A DNA stretch of 64,000 bases, taken from contig JBBILD010000007.1 in the NCBI GenBank assembly GCA_037445065.1, positions 32,001 through 96,000 of the forward strand, in the 5' to 3' direction. Position numbers and translations under genes: made by a program. Positions 1 through 10,951 of this stretch are shown here, in pieces (positions within the stretch are counted from its first letter, which is position 1; every line of letters begins with the position of its first letter). Origin of the DNA: Myxococcales bacterium. GTDB lineage: Bacteria > Desulfobacterota > Binatia > HRBIN30. The notes under the pieces are model-generated. The model worked only from the letters and a program-made list of their open reading frames with translations, did no database searches and was not told the DNA's origin.

Positions 1-1618
1 GCGCGGGCACTGCGCGGCGCAGTCGCGCCGGCACCCACGCATCCGCCAGGAGCTGGGCTACGCACCAGGGGGTGGCGATGGCAAGCAGGAACCAGGACTG
101 CAGGTAGAGCTTGAAGACCGTGTTCATCCGATAGAGCCGCTCGCCGTACGGATCTTTGATGTACACCACTTCGCATGCCAGCAGCGCCACACTGGCGGCT
201 AGGATCAGCAGGACCGGTGCGCGCCGCTCGGCGGATTCTTCCGCGTACGCGACGAACAACGCGGCGAGCGCCAACGCTGCCATGAGCACGAGAACCGCCT
301 TGCCGGCGAGGAGTCCGATCCCCACCGCCAAGCCGGCGAGCGCCAGACACAGTTGGAAGCGCTGGTCCCAGCCCAGCCGGGTTCCCACTCGGCTCCCCAG
401 GTAGAGTGTCGGGAAGAGCAACAAGGCTCCGAACACGGTCAAAAACTCGGAGAGAGCGGTGGTAGCGAGCTTCACTCCCACTCCTCCTTGCGGGGCCTGG
501 AAGTGCCAGTAAAAGGGTAAGAAGAACAAATACCCGAGCAGCACCGCTGCCACAGTCATGAGCACCGTGCGTATCCGCTCCCATGCGAACAGCGGGCGCA
601 GCGGCAGCTCTTGCTGGAGGAGCAAGAAGGTCACCATCATCCCGACCGGCAACTCCCACGGGCTCACCGCAACCATCGCCCCAAACACCCCACAGAGAAG
701 CAGAAAGCGGATTAGGTCAGCCATGTTGGCAAAGCCCCGGTTAGCAGGGGTGCGCCAACGGGCTGCATCGAGCAACCAAGCCCACAGGAGCAGAGTGACG
801 GGCATGACCAAGAAATGCGGATGCAAGTCGCCGTGGATGACGGTGAAGTAGGGAAACTCGTTGATCGTCGCATCGCGCCCGACAATGCGGGTAGAGCGGA
901 AGTAGTCCATAGGTGCGAGCGCCCCATTTTCGAGCACCTGCAAGAAGCCATCCCAATTGCCGAGCAGGACACCCAGGGCGCCGGTGAGCCACGCCGCCCA
1001 ATGGCGCCGGGTGAGTCTCCAACCGATGGCGCAAAGCAGGGCGAAGATGAGCCCGCCCAAGGTCGCCACGCACAGGTTGTAGGCGATCGGCGAGGCAATG
1101 CTGGCCAGCCGCGCCAGGTTCGCGCACGCGAGGTAGCCGAAGTAGTAGTAGTTGAAGGGCAGCCCCGACATCCATGGATCCTGGGGCGGCATGGTGTCGG
1201 TGCGGATCAGGGTGTTGAAGAACGCGAAGTCCATGTACTTCTCCTGATCCACGATGTGCGGGTGCAAGCTGCGCTGCCAGGCGAAGAACAAAAAGGCTGC
1301 GCCCCACCAGAGCTCCACCCAGAGGAGCGCTTTCCAGCCTCCTGAGCGCAACCACTGTACAAGCTCGTGCCGCTGCACGGCAAAAAGAACGAGGCCGAGC
1401 AACAATGCGCCCAAAGCGGCGCACCACAGCGCTGTGCCGTAGGGAACGCCGAGGTTGCCCAGCAGCCACGCGACATAGGTGAGCAAAAGGATGCCCGTGA
1501 TCTTGGCGAAGGCGTAACCGCGCTCGGGAGCAGCCGCAGAGAACATCCAAAAGGCAAGCGGGAACGCGACCGCCCCGATGCCCTCGATCATCACCCACCA
1601 AAGCAGCAGCTCGCCCAT
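1..1618 (-). CDS. DUF2298 / YYY-motif multi-pass membrane protein, 3' end truncated by window edge
   Basis: Not in the ORF track because it runs off the edge. Manual translation from ATG 1618 gives MGELLLWWVMIEGIGAVAFPLAF..., with the signature EKYMDF...MPPQDPWMSGLPFNYYYFGY, INEFPYF..DLHPH and RMNTVFKLY. Confidence 0.85.
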   Translation of the reverse strand, partial: MGELLLWWVMIEGIGAVAFPLAFWMFSAAAPERGYAFAKITGILLLTYVAWLLGNLGVPYGTALWCAALGALLLGLVLFAVQRHELVQWLRSGGWKALLWVELWWGAAFLFFAWQRSLHPHIVDQEKYMDFAFFNTLIRTDTMPPQDPWMSGLPFNYYYFGYLACANLARLASIASPIAYNLCVATLGGLIFALLCAIGWRLTRRHWAAWLTGALGVLLGNWDGFLQVLENGALAPMDYFRSTRIVGRDATINEFPYFTVIHGDLHPHFLVMPVTLLLWAWLLDAARWRTPANRGFANMADLIRFLLLCGVFGAMVAVSPWELPVGMMVTFLLLQQELPLRPLFAWERIRTVLMTVAAVLLGYLFFLPFYWHFQAPQGGVGVKLATTALSEFLTVFGALLLFPTLYLGSRVGTRLGWDQRFQLCLALAGLAVGIGLLAGKAVLVLMAALALAALFVAYAEESAERRAPVLLILAASVALLACEVVYIKDPYGERLYRMNTVFKLYLQSWFLLAIATPWCVAQLLADAWVPARLRRAVPA

Positions 1619-1640
1619 GGTCCGCCGAAGTAAGAGGCGC

Positions 1641-1669
1641 ACGCTATCCGCTCAGAGCACGAATTGCAA
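1641..1669 (-). promoter_or_regulatory. Putative sigma70 promoter of the DUF2298 gene
   Basis: TTGCAA-N17-TAGCGT on the minus strand, 22 nt upstream of the ATG. Confidence 0.45.
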
Positions 1670-1765
1670 TGTGCCAGCACCCGGCACTCCGTCTCGATGT
1701 TGCCCGCGGACGAGCGGCGCCTGCGGCCGCTCTCCTCGCTCCGGCACACTCGCACCCGCGCCAGC

Positions 1766-1817
1766 TTGACAAGCGCGCCGCCGTTCCCGTAGACAAGCCA
1801 CTCAATCAATTGATTGA
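1766..1817 (+). promoter_or_regulatory. Promoter with a palindromic operator upstream of the TetR gene
   Basis: TTGACA at 1766-1771, a weak -10 (TAGACA, 1790-1795), and a perfect 16-bp palindrome TCAATCAATTGATTGA at 1802-1817. Confidence 0.7.
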
Positions 1818-1836
1818 AGATCGGAAGAGGAATCGG

Positions 1837-2490
1837 ATGGGTCGCGCCGCGCCACGGATCGGGGAGGAGAGCGCTTCGACAAAAAGCGCCATCCTGGCCG
1901 CTGCCGAGGAAATCTTCGCCACGTACGGGTACGCTGGGGCATCCACGCGTGCCATTGTGCGCCGGGCGGGGGTGAATATCTCGAGCTTGCACTACCACTG
2001 GTCGTCGAAGGAACGCCTGTATTTTGCCGTCTTCGAAGACATTTACGCGCGGATCACCGAAGTGATCCGCGCCACCTTGCAGAAGTGCGCGGAGCGGCGC
2101 GTCGGCCGCCTGGAAACCATGACCGCGGTGATGGCGGCACTGGTGGACTTTTTCCTCGACCACCCCACGGTTCCGCGCTTGCTCGCCCGCCGCCTTTTGG
2201 AGAACGAAGACGAGCACGCCGACATCGAGCAGCGCATCCTCAAGCCGGCATGGCGCACGTTCTCGCAATGGGTACGTTCCTTTGGCGGCGCCGGGATGAC
2301 CGAGCTGGACGCCAACTTGTTCATGTTCACCGTCGAAGGCGCGGTGCTGCTGTTGCTGCTGGATAGCCCGCACGTCACCGCCCTGCTCGGCGGATCGGCT
2401 CGCTCTCCTCGCTTGCGCAACAAACTCCGGCAGTACTTGGTAGACCTAGTGCCGGTGCTTCTGCAGCGGAGTGCTTCCCACAACCCATGA
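1837..2490 (+). CDS. TetR/AcrR family transcriptional regulator
   Basis: N-terminal HTH ILAAAEEIFATYGYAGASTRAIVRRAGVNISSLHYHWSSKERLY; GAGGA SD before ATG 1837. Confidence 0.92.
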   Translation: MGRAAPRIGEESASTKSAILAAAEEIFATYGYAGASTRAIVRRAGVNISSLHYHWSSKERLYFAVFEDIYARITEVIRATLQKCAERRVGRLETMTAVMAALVDFFLDHPTVPRLLARRLLENEDEHADIEQRILKPAWRTFSQWVRSFGGAGMTELDANLFMFTVEGAVLLLLLDSPHVTALLGGSARSPRLRNKLRQYLVDLVPVLLQRSASHNP

Positions 2491-3509
2491 AGGCGCTCAT
2501 TACCGCCTCCTTCGCGCCCGAAGAGCTCGCCCGCCTGCAGCAAACGATGGAGGTCGAGTACCAGGACTGGCGCGTGCAGCGGCGGATTTACTTCGACGGC
2601 CGCGAGTTCGCCGAGCGCATCCGCCAGGCTGGGGCACAGGTGCTGGTGGTGGAGGCGGATTTGGTGCACGACGAAGTGCTCGAACAAACCGACCTGTACC
2701 TGGTAGCTTGCTGCCGCGGCGACCCGATCAACGTCGCCGCCGCGAAAGCCACCGCGCTTGGCATTCCCGTGCTTTTTACCCCGGCGCGCAACGCGCGTGC
2801 GGTAGCGGAACTCACCGTGGCGTACATGCTCGCCCTAGCGCGCAACCTCTACCCGGTGAACTGGCTGCTCAAGACGGGCCAGCTCCGCTTTACTGGCGCG
2901 CAAGACTACCTGGCGGCGTACGAGCGCTACGGGGGCTTCGAACTGGGAGGCGCCAGCGTAGGCATCGTTGGGTTCGGCGCCATTGGCCGCGCCGTCGCCG
3001 AGATGCTGCGCGGCTTTGGCACGCGCGTGTTGGCCTTCGATCCGTTCGTGCCGGCCGAGGAGATATCGGCGCGCGGTGTGGAGCCTCGCTCACTCGGCGA
3101 TCTCCTGCCCGAAGTTGCCTTTCTGACCGTGCACTGCCCGCTCAATCCGTCCACCACCCATCTCATCGGTCGAGCCGAGATCCAACGCATGCGGCGGGGC
3201 GCTTACCTCCTCAATCTCGCACGCGCGCAGATCGTGGACGAAGACGCGCTCTACGACGCGCTCACCAGCGGCCATCTTGGCGGAGCGGCACTGGATGTGT
3301 TTCGCGACGAGCCCGTGCAGCCAGAAAACCGCTTCGTGCAGTTGCCGAATGTGCTCGTCTCCCCGCACTTGGGCGGAGCGACCCGCGACGTGGTGCGCCA
3401 CCAGAGCCGCATGGTGGTGGACGGCATCGAGCGCTGGCTGGCCGGGCAGAAGCCCCTGCACCTGCTCAATCCCGAGGTGTGGGACAAGCGCAAACCGCCG
3501 CCGGCGTGA
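2487..3509 (+). CDS. D-isomer-specific 2-hydroxyacid dehydrogenase (SerA-like)
   Basis: Motifs NARAVAE, GIVGFGAIG, LNLARAQIVDE, AALDVF and SPHLGGAT; ATGA overlap with the TetR gene. Confidence 0.9.
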   Translation: MKALITASFAPEELARLQQTMEVEYQDWRVQRRIYFDGREFAERIRQAGAQVLVVEADLVHDEVLEQTDLYLVACCRGDPINVAAAKATALGIPVLFTPARNARAVAELTVAYMLALARNLYPVNWLLKTGQLRFTGAQDYLAAYERYGGFELGGASVGIVGFGAIGRAVAEMLRGFGTRVLAFDPFVPAEEISARGVEPRSLGDLLPEVAFLTVHCPLNPSTTHLIGRAEIQRMRRGAYLLNLARAQIVDEDALYDALTSGHLGGAALDVFRDEPVQPENRFVQLPNVLVSPHLGGATRDVVRHQSRMVVDGIERWLAGQKPLHLLNPEVWDKRKPPPA

Positions 3510-3537
3510 ACGGACGTGGAGGTCGAGGAAAGAGCCG

Positions 3538-5034
3538 ATGGACCTGTTCGTGGCCCTCGACGCCGGCACCGGTAGCGGCAAAGCGTTTGTGTTCGACGCC
3601 AGCGGGCGCCAGCTCGCCTATGCGGCTGAGCCCTGGTCGTACACCGTTCGCGACGATCCGGAGCTACCGAGCGTGAAGCACTTCTCCTTCGACCCGCAAG
3701 CGTTCTGGGAGGCACTCTGCCGCTGCGTGCAGCGGGCACTGGAGCAATGCGGCCGCAAGCCCGCCGAGGTGGCGGGTGTAGCGGTCACCAGCCAGCGGGA
3801 AGCTTGCGTCTTTCTCGACCGTTCCGGACAGGAGATCTACGCGGGGCCCAACCTCGACGCGCGCGGCTTTCGCGAGGGCCTGGAAGTCCTCAGCGAACTG
3901 GGCGCCGAGTGCCTGTACGCGATTACTGGTCATTCGGCACCGTTTATTTTCCCCCTTGCTCGCTACCTGTGGCAGCGCAAGCAAGGCGGCCCGCAAGTCG
4001 CGCACCTGCTGATGATGAACGACTGGCTCACCTGGCGGCTCAGCGGGGTGCTGGTGAGCGAACCGTCGAACGCAACCGAATCCATGCTGTTCGACTTCCG
4101 TACCCGGCAGTGGTCGGAGACCATTCTCGAGCGCTTCGCCATTCCGCGCCACATCTTGCCCGAAGTGGTCCCCAGCGGAGCGCGTGTGGGAGCCGTGCAG
4201 CGGGAGGCCGCGCAAAGGAGTGGGCTGCGGGAAGGAACCCCAGTGTTTGCCGGTGGGGCAGACACGCAGTGTGCGCTGCTCGGCGCCGGCTGCATCGAGG
4301 AGGGCGACGTCGGCGTGACCCTCGGCACCACCACGCCGCTTCAGTGGGTTGCAGCGCGCCCGACGCTCGATCCGCAGTCGCAACTGTGGGCCGGCTGCCA
4401 CGTGATGCACAACCGCTGGGTGTTGGAAAGCAACGCCGGGGACACGGGAGACGCCTATGCGTGGCTGGTGCGCTTGCTGGCAGGTAGCGACGGCGAGGAA
4501 GCACGGCGGGCCCTCGACGACGAGGCGGAGCGCTGCTCCAAGAGCGACGTGCTCATGTTTATCGGCCCTGCCATTTTCGACCTCAGCCGCATCGCCCTGC
4601 AACGGCCCGGGGGCATCCTGTTTCCGTTTCCCACTCTGCACGTGCGGCCGAGCGCGGCAGAGCTGATGCGAGGCTTTTACGAGAGCCTCGCCTTTGCCCT
4701 GCGCGCCAACCTCGAGCAGTTGGAACGGGTGTGGCAACGCCCGCCTGCGCGCATCGTCGCCAGTGGCGGCATGGCCCGCAACCGGTTGCTCCTGCGCATC
4801 TTGGCATCGGTGCTGGGGCGGCCCGTCGCGGTGTGCAGGCAGGCACAAAGTGCAGCACTCGGCGTCGCTCTGCTCATGATGAGCGAGGGCAAGGACCAAG
4901 CGCTGCAGTCGCTGGCTCGCATCGTCCCGCAGCACGAGCTGTGGGCGCCGGACGAAGAAGGAACCGGCCGCTACGAGGCTCGCTACCACACCTGGCGCCG
5001 ACTGCACGAGCAGCTCTTCGACATGACGATCTGA
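3538..5034 (+). CDS. FGGY-family carbohydrate kinase, LsrK (AI-2 kinase)-like
   Basis: Motifs ALDAGTGS, TSQRE, PNLDARG, EPSNA, GGADTQ and ASGGMA. Confidence 0.85.
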   Translation: MDLFVALDAGTGSGKAFVFDASGRQLAYAAEPWSYTVRDDPELPSVKHFSFDPQAFWEALCRCVQRALEQCGRKPAEVAGVAVTSQREACVFLDRSGQEIYAGPNLDARGFREGLEVLSELGAECLYAITGHSAPFIFPLARYLWQRKQGGPQVAHLLMMNDWLTWRLSGVLVSEPSNATESMLFDFRTRQWSETILERFAIPRHILPEVVPSGARVGAVQREAAQRSGLREGTPVFAGGADTQCALLGAGCIEEGDVGVTLGTTTPLQWVAARPTLDPQSQLWAGCHVMHNRWVLESNAGDTGDAYAWLVRLLAGSDGEEARRALDDEAERCSKSDVLMFIGPAIFDLSRIALQRPGGILFPFPTLHVRPSAAELMRGFYESLAFALRANLEQLERVWQRPPARIVASGGMARNRLLLRILASVLGRPVAVCRQAQSAALGVALLMMSEGKDQALQSLARIVPQHELWAPDEEGTGRYEARYHTWRRLHEQLFDMTI

Positions 5035-5078
5035 GCCGGCTCTGGCTCGAAGCCCGCAGCTTTCGTAGAAACAGCACA

Positions 5079-5741
5079 ATGAACCTCGTGCACGCGGCTT
5101 ACGAACCAGAGGGCTCGGGTCCTCATCCCACCATCCTCGCCTTGCACGGTTGGGGTGCGAATGCGCTCGACTTGCTCGGCCTCGCACCCCACTTGTGCAA
5201 CGGGCGCTGGCTCGTGCTCTGCCCACAGGGGCCGATCGCGGTTCCGCTCGGGGCGATGGGAACCGGCTGGGGCTGGTTTCCGCTCACCCTCGGCCAGCCG
5301 CCGGATCCGGCTGCCTTTCGTGCCGCAGTCGCTGCGGTGCAAGCCTTCCTCGATGCAGCCGAGGAGCGCTACCCGATCCAGAAAAACAAAGTCGTGTTGC
5401 TCGGCTTCAGCCAAGGAGGAGTGGTCGCGTACGCGCTCGCATTGTCCGAGCCAGAGCGCTTCGCCGGACTTGCTGCCCTCAGCTCCTGGCTCCCGGCGGC
5501 GGTGGTTGAGGCGCTTCCCGCGCGCGATCGCTCCCAACTCACCACGTTGGTGCAGCACGGCACCGGCGACGATTTGATCTCGGTGTCGCGGGCCCGCGAG
5601 TCGCTCGAGCGGCTGCGTTCCCTGCGCGTGCCGGTCACCTACCGCGAATACGACATGGGCCACGAAATTACGGGAGAGAGCGTGCGCGACCTCTCGACGT
5701 GGCTCGAACGCAGTGTGCTGTCCCCCATCATCACCTTGTAG
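5079..5741 (+). CDS. Phospholipase/carboxylesterase (alpha/beta hydrolase)
   Basis: LHGWG, GFSQGG nucleophile elbow, HGTGDD and MGHEI catalytic residues. Confidence 0.9.
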   Translation: MNLVHAAYEPEGSGPHPTILALHGWGANALDLLGLAPHLCNGRWLVLCPQGPIAVPLGAMGTGWGWFPLTLGQPPDPAAFRAAVAAVQAFLDAAEERYPIQKNKVVLLGFSQGGVVAYALALSEPERFAGLAALSSWLPAAVVEALPARDRSQLTTLVQHGTGDDLISVSRARESLERLRSLRVPVTYREYDMGHEITGESVRDLSTWLERSVLSPIITL

Positions 5742-5812
5742 GGGACGCGATTGCAGCTCGGGGCTGCTCGGCTGCGCCTGCCGCAGCCCCGCGGGGCTGG
5801 TGCGGTGAGGTC

Positions 5813-5854
5813 CAAAACGAGCGGGGCCTTCCTGCGCTCCAGGAAGGCCCCGCT
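5813..5854 (-). terminator. Intrinsic terminator hairpin between convergent genes
   Basis: Perfect 15-bp stem AGCGGGGCCTTCCTG (5820-5834) / CAGGAAGGCCCCGCT (5840-5854), followed by CGTTTT on the minus strand. Confidence 0.75.
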
Positions 5855-5927
5855 GTGAGCCGAAGCTCGGGTCTGAGTCGAGGAAAAACCGGAAAACGTA
5901 CCTACGAAAACGACCTCTACGTCGCGG

Positions 5928-6005
5928 TTACTTCTTCTTCTTCGGTGCCGCTTTCTTCTTCGCTGGGGCTTTCTTCTTTGCCTTGCTGCTCTTGGTTGTT
6001 GCCAT
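5928..6005 (-). CDS. 25-aa Lys/Ala/Pro-rich basic micro-protein (histone H1 tail-like): MATTKSSKAKKKAPAKKKAAPKKKK
   Basis: Below the ORF-track length cut-off. SD AAGGAGGT lies 4 nt before the ATG, the stop is TAA, and there is an upstream promoter and a downstream terminator. Confidence 0.75.
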   Translation of the reverse strand: MATTKSSKAKKKAPAKKKAAPKKKK

Positions 6006-6108
6006 AGCGACCTCCTTGTCACTCTTGGGAGTGTTGTGGTTGTCCCTCACTCCCTCGACTCAGACCCGTACCGCGACCTCCTCCTCACCTCCACCACTCA
6101 CGCCCGCG

Positions 6109-6172
6109 CTTATATTCAGGTCCTTTGTCAAAAGTCAAGAGGAGAATACCATTTTAGAAAAATTTTTTTAAA
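6109..6172 (-). promoter_or_regulatory. Sigma70 promoter with AT-rich UP-like element for the micro-ORF transcript
   Basis: TTGACT (6138-6133)-N18-TATAAG (6114-6109), preceded by A/T tracts at about 6150-6172 in otherwise GC-rich DNA. Confidence 0.6.
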
Positions 6173-6486
6173 CCGTTCCGTATCGGAATTTCGATGGGTT
6201 ACGCCGGCATAAAATCGCGTTCCCCGATCTTGAGGCCGATTCTTAGGCGATTGTTTTAGAGGGTTGTCCACAGCCGCGGGGAGGACTACGGACAGGGCTC
6301 GAGGGAGACTGTTGCGGGCGAGCTGTTAAAGTTGCGGATGCATCTGCAACGCTCCGCGTCCGTGGCCTACAGGCGCTTATCTACCCTCGCCGCACAGCCG
6401 TTTGGATCCACCTACACGCAGCGCCCGTACAGTCGGGAAAGACGCTGCTATGCAGGCCGTTTCTTTGCGGGCGGGGGCTCCACCCT

Positions 6487-8169
<1,683 letters not shown>

Positions 8170-8221
8170 TCTCGCCTTTGCCGTTGCGCGTGCGCCGGCA
8201 AGCTTTTACGATCGAGCAACC

Positions 8222-9340
8222 ATGCTCGCCTGGGAACGCTTGCGACAAGTACGCGAGGAACTGTCGCAGTTGTTTGTGGAGCGGGCAGAAGTCATTGACG
8301 GCGCGCTCTGCTGCCTGCTTGCCCGCCAGCACCTCCTGTTGATCGGCCCTCCTGGCACGGCCAAGTCCATGCTCGCCGAGGAGCTGTGCGCGCGCATCGA
8401 AGGGGCGCGCTACTTCTCGTGGCTGCTGACCAAGTTCACCACGCCCGAGGAACTGTTCGGTGCGATCTCGCTGGCGGCACTCGAGCAGGACGAGTACCGG
8501 CGGGTCACCACGCACAAACTACCCGAAGCGCACATTGCGTTTCTCGACGAGGTGTTCAAAGCGAACTCCTCCATCCTGAACGCTTTGCTGGCGGTGATGA
8601 ACGAGCGCCGCTTCCACAACGGCAAGGAAATCCAGAGTGTACCGCTCATGACGCTTTTCGGGGCCAGCAACGAACTGCCGGAAGACGACGAACTGCAAGC
8701 CCTCTACGATCGCTTCCTCGTGCGCTTCGTGGTGGGATACATCGAAGAGGACTTCCATTTCTTGCGCATGTTGCAGGGACGCGCGGCCCCTACCCGCACC
8801 GTGCTGCCCATGGAGCTGCTCCAGGAACTGCAAGCAGCCACCGCGCAAATCGAGATCCCACAGGGGATCTACCGCTCGATCGCCGAACTGCGCCGCGCTC
8901 TGCAGCAAAAGGCCCTGGTTTCCTCCGACCGCCGCTACCGCCAAGCGATGGGGTTGCTGCAGGCACACGCGCTCTTGCGCGGTGCCCGCTGCGTGGAAGA
9001 GGACGATGTATTCTTTCTCGAGCATGTGCTGTGGCGCATCCCAGCGCAGCGGGCCGACGTGCGGGCACTGATTCGCGAACTCTTGCGCGGCTACGAAGAG
9101 GAGGCCAAGGCGCTCCTGTTCCGCAGCCAAGAACTGCACGAATACGCCAGCCGCCCGTGGGACAACGGCGAACAGCGCAGCCGCGCGGTGCTCGAGGCAC
9201 ACACCAAAATCCACCAGATCTTACAGCAACTGGCCCAGCTCATTGCCGAGGCGCGCGAGCGCGGGCGGCCGGTGGAAACCGTCGAAGCGGTGCGCGCGCA
9301 AGTGGAGCAAATCCAGCAACGCATGCTCGAGACCTTGTAG
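8222..9340 (+). CDS. MoxR-family AAA+ ATPase, RavA-like
   Basis: Walker A GPPGTAKS, TTPEELFG, Walker B FLDEVFKANSSILNALL, ASNELP and ALYDRF. Confidence 0.92.
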   Translation: MLAWERLRQVREELSQLFVERAEVIDGALCCLLARQHLLLIGPPGTAKSMLAEELCARIEGARYFSWLLTKFTTPEELFGAISLAALEQDEYRRVTTHKLPEAHIAFLDEVFKANSSILNALLAVMNERRFHNGKEIQSVPLMTLFGASNELPEDDELQALYDRFLVRFVVGYIEEDFHFLRMLQGRAAPTRTVLPMELLQELQAATAQIEIPQGIYRSIAELRRALQQKALVSSDRRYRQAMGLLQAHALLRGARCVEEDDVFFLEHVLWRIPAQRADVRALIRELLRGYEEEAKALLFRSQELHEYASRPWDNGEQRSRAVLEAHTKIHQILQQLAQLIAEARERGRPVETVEAVRAQVEQIQQRMLETL

Positions 9341-9348
9341 GAGACACG

Positions 9349-10929
9349 GTGGCAACCCGGAGCCGGAGCCGCGCGGAGCTGGCGCGCGTCGAGATCAGCC
9401 AAGCGAGCGCAGCGCTCGACCAACGCAGCCCGTCGTGGATCGAGACCGATGCTTTCGACCGGGACGCATTTCGCAAGTGGAGCGAGGCGTCTCCCTCGTT
9501 CCATGACCTTTCCAGCCACGCGGGTCGCCTCTTGCCTCATTTCGACGCCTTCCTGCTCGACTTGTACGCCTTGCTCTACAAGCTTAACGTCTCGTTCCGT
9601 CCTGCCGAAGCGGTGCTGCCCAGTGCAGCGCTCTACGGCCCACTGCTGCGCGCCATTGCCGGCACGCCTGCCCTCGAGTTGCTGCGGCTGCAGACCGCGC
9701 TGGATGAAGCCCGCGCCGCCATTGGCGCGCTCCTCTTGGGAGAAAAGATCCTCGCCGTTCTCAAGGAAGAGTGGCTGCTGAACCGCGGGCAGATGCTCGA
9801 CGCCTGGGGCCTCAAGCAGCAAGAGGAAGAACTCATGCGCCTCTGGCAGCAAGCACGCGCGGTGGCGACGCTGGCCGACGAATCGCCGCGGCCTTCGCTC
9901 GTTCATCTTGCGCGCCGCCTGCACCAAGAAGCAGAACTCGCCGAGCGGCGCCTGTCCCAGCGGCTGGAAGATGTACAGCGGCCAGTGCGGGAAAATATCG
10001 AGCGGCAGACGGCGCGCTTGCAAAGCGAAATTGCGCAAGGCTGCACTGCGCTAGAAGACTTCGAAGCCGCTGCGCACGAATGGGACACGGGTGTGGGGCA
10101 CGAAGCCTACCGCTCGCCTGCCCTACAAGTTGAGTTCGGCAAGCGGCTCGCGCAAAACCCGCGCCTGCGCAAACTCGCCAACCTGGTGGGGCGCATGCGT
10201 GCCCACGCGCGTGCCCTGCGGCAAAAGGCTTTGGAGCGCTGCAACGAGGAGATGTACTCGGTCGGCACCGGCGCCGACTTGGGGCGCATTCTCCCCTGCG
10301 AGCTGGCAGCGTTGCGCCATCCCCTGCGGCGGCGGGACTTTGCCCGCCGCCTGCTGGAGGGAACCCTCCTCCAATACGAACTCCGCGGCCAAGAGGAAGC
10401 CGGCCGCGGCCCTCTGATCGTTTGCCTCGATGTGAGCTCCTCCATGTCGGGGGACAAGGACGTGTGGGCCAAAGCCGTAGCTCTCACCTTGCTCGACATC
10501 GCCCAACGCCAGCGCCGGCTTCTGCACGCGATCTGCTTTGCGGGACCGGACACCCCGCTCTACGAATCGGATCTCAATTACGGGCAGCGTTACAGCAGCG
10601 ACCCGCAGGAAGTTTTGCGTTTGGCCAGTTACTTCCCCGGCGGTGGCACGGATTTTCGCCGTCCGCTCGAAGCGGCCCTGCACCGTTTGCAGCAAAAACC
10701 GCTGCGCAAAAGCGACGTAGTGCTCATTACCGACGGCGAGTGTACCCTCGAACCCGGCTGGACCGAGCAGTTCCTCGAGCACAAAAGACGCCTCGGCTTT
10801 CGCCTGTACTCCGTGCTGATCGATATTGGCAGCGCCACCACTCACTCCTTGCGCCAGATCAGCGACCGCGTCGCCAGCGTGCGCCAGCTCACTTGCGAGG
10901 CAGGGAGCGACTTGTTCTTGGCGCTTTGA
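9349..10929 (+). CDS. vWA-domain protein, ViaA-like partner of the MoxR ATPase
   Basis: C-terminal MIDAS GPLIVCLDVSSSM, GGGTDF and LITDGE; GTG start with AGGAG SD. Confidence 0.88.
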   Translation: MATRSRSRAELARVEISQASAALDQRSPSWIETDAFDRDAFRKWSEASPSFHDLSSHAGRLLPHFDAFLLDLYALLYKLNVSFRPAEAVLPSAALYGPLLRAIAGTPALELLRLQTALDEARAAIGALLLGEKILAVLKEEWLLNRGQMLDAWGLKQQEEELMRLWQQARAVATLADESPRPSLVHLARRLHQEAELAERRLSQRLEDVQRPVRENIERQTARLQSEIAQGCTALEDFEAAAHEWDTGVGHEAYRSPALQVEFGKRLAQNPRLRKLANLVGRMRAHARALRQKALERCNEEMYSVGTGADLGRILPCELAALRHPLRRRDFARRLLEGTLLQYELRGQEEAGRGPLIVCLDVSSSMSGDKDVWAKAVALTLLDIAQRQRRLLHAICFAGPDTPLYESDLNYGQRYSSDPQEVLRLASYFPGGGTDFRRPLEAALHRLQQKPLRKSDVVLITDGECTLEPGWTEQFLEHKRRLGFRLYSVLIDIGSATTHSLRQISDRVASVRQLTCEAGSDLFLAL

Positions 10930-10951
10930 AGCGGCCAGGCAAGGCGCGCCC

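Noticed and set aside
5813..6105. tmRNA or type I toxin gene
   Set aside because: No tRNA-like ends or Ala-Ala tag, and the peptide is basic rather than hydrophobic. Kept as an unknown structured transcript.
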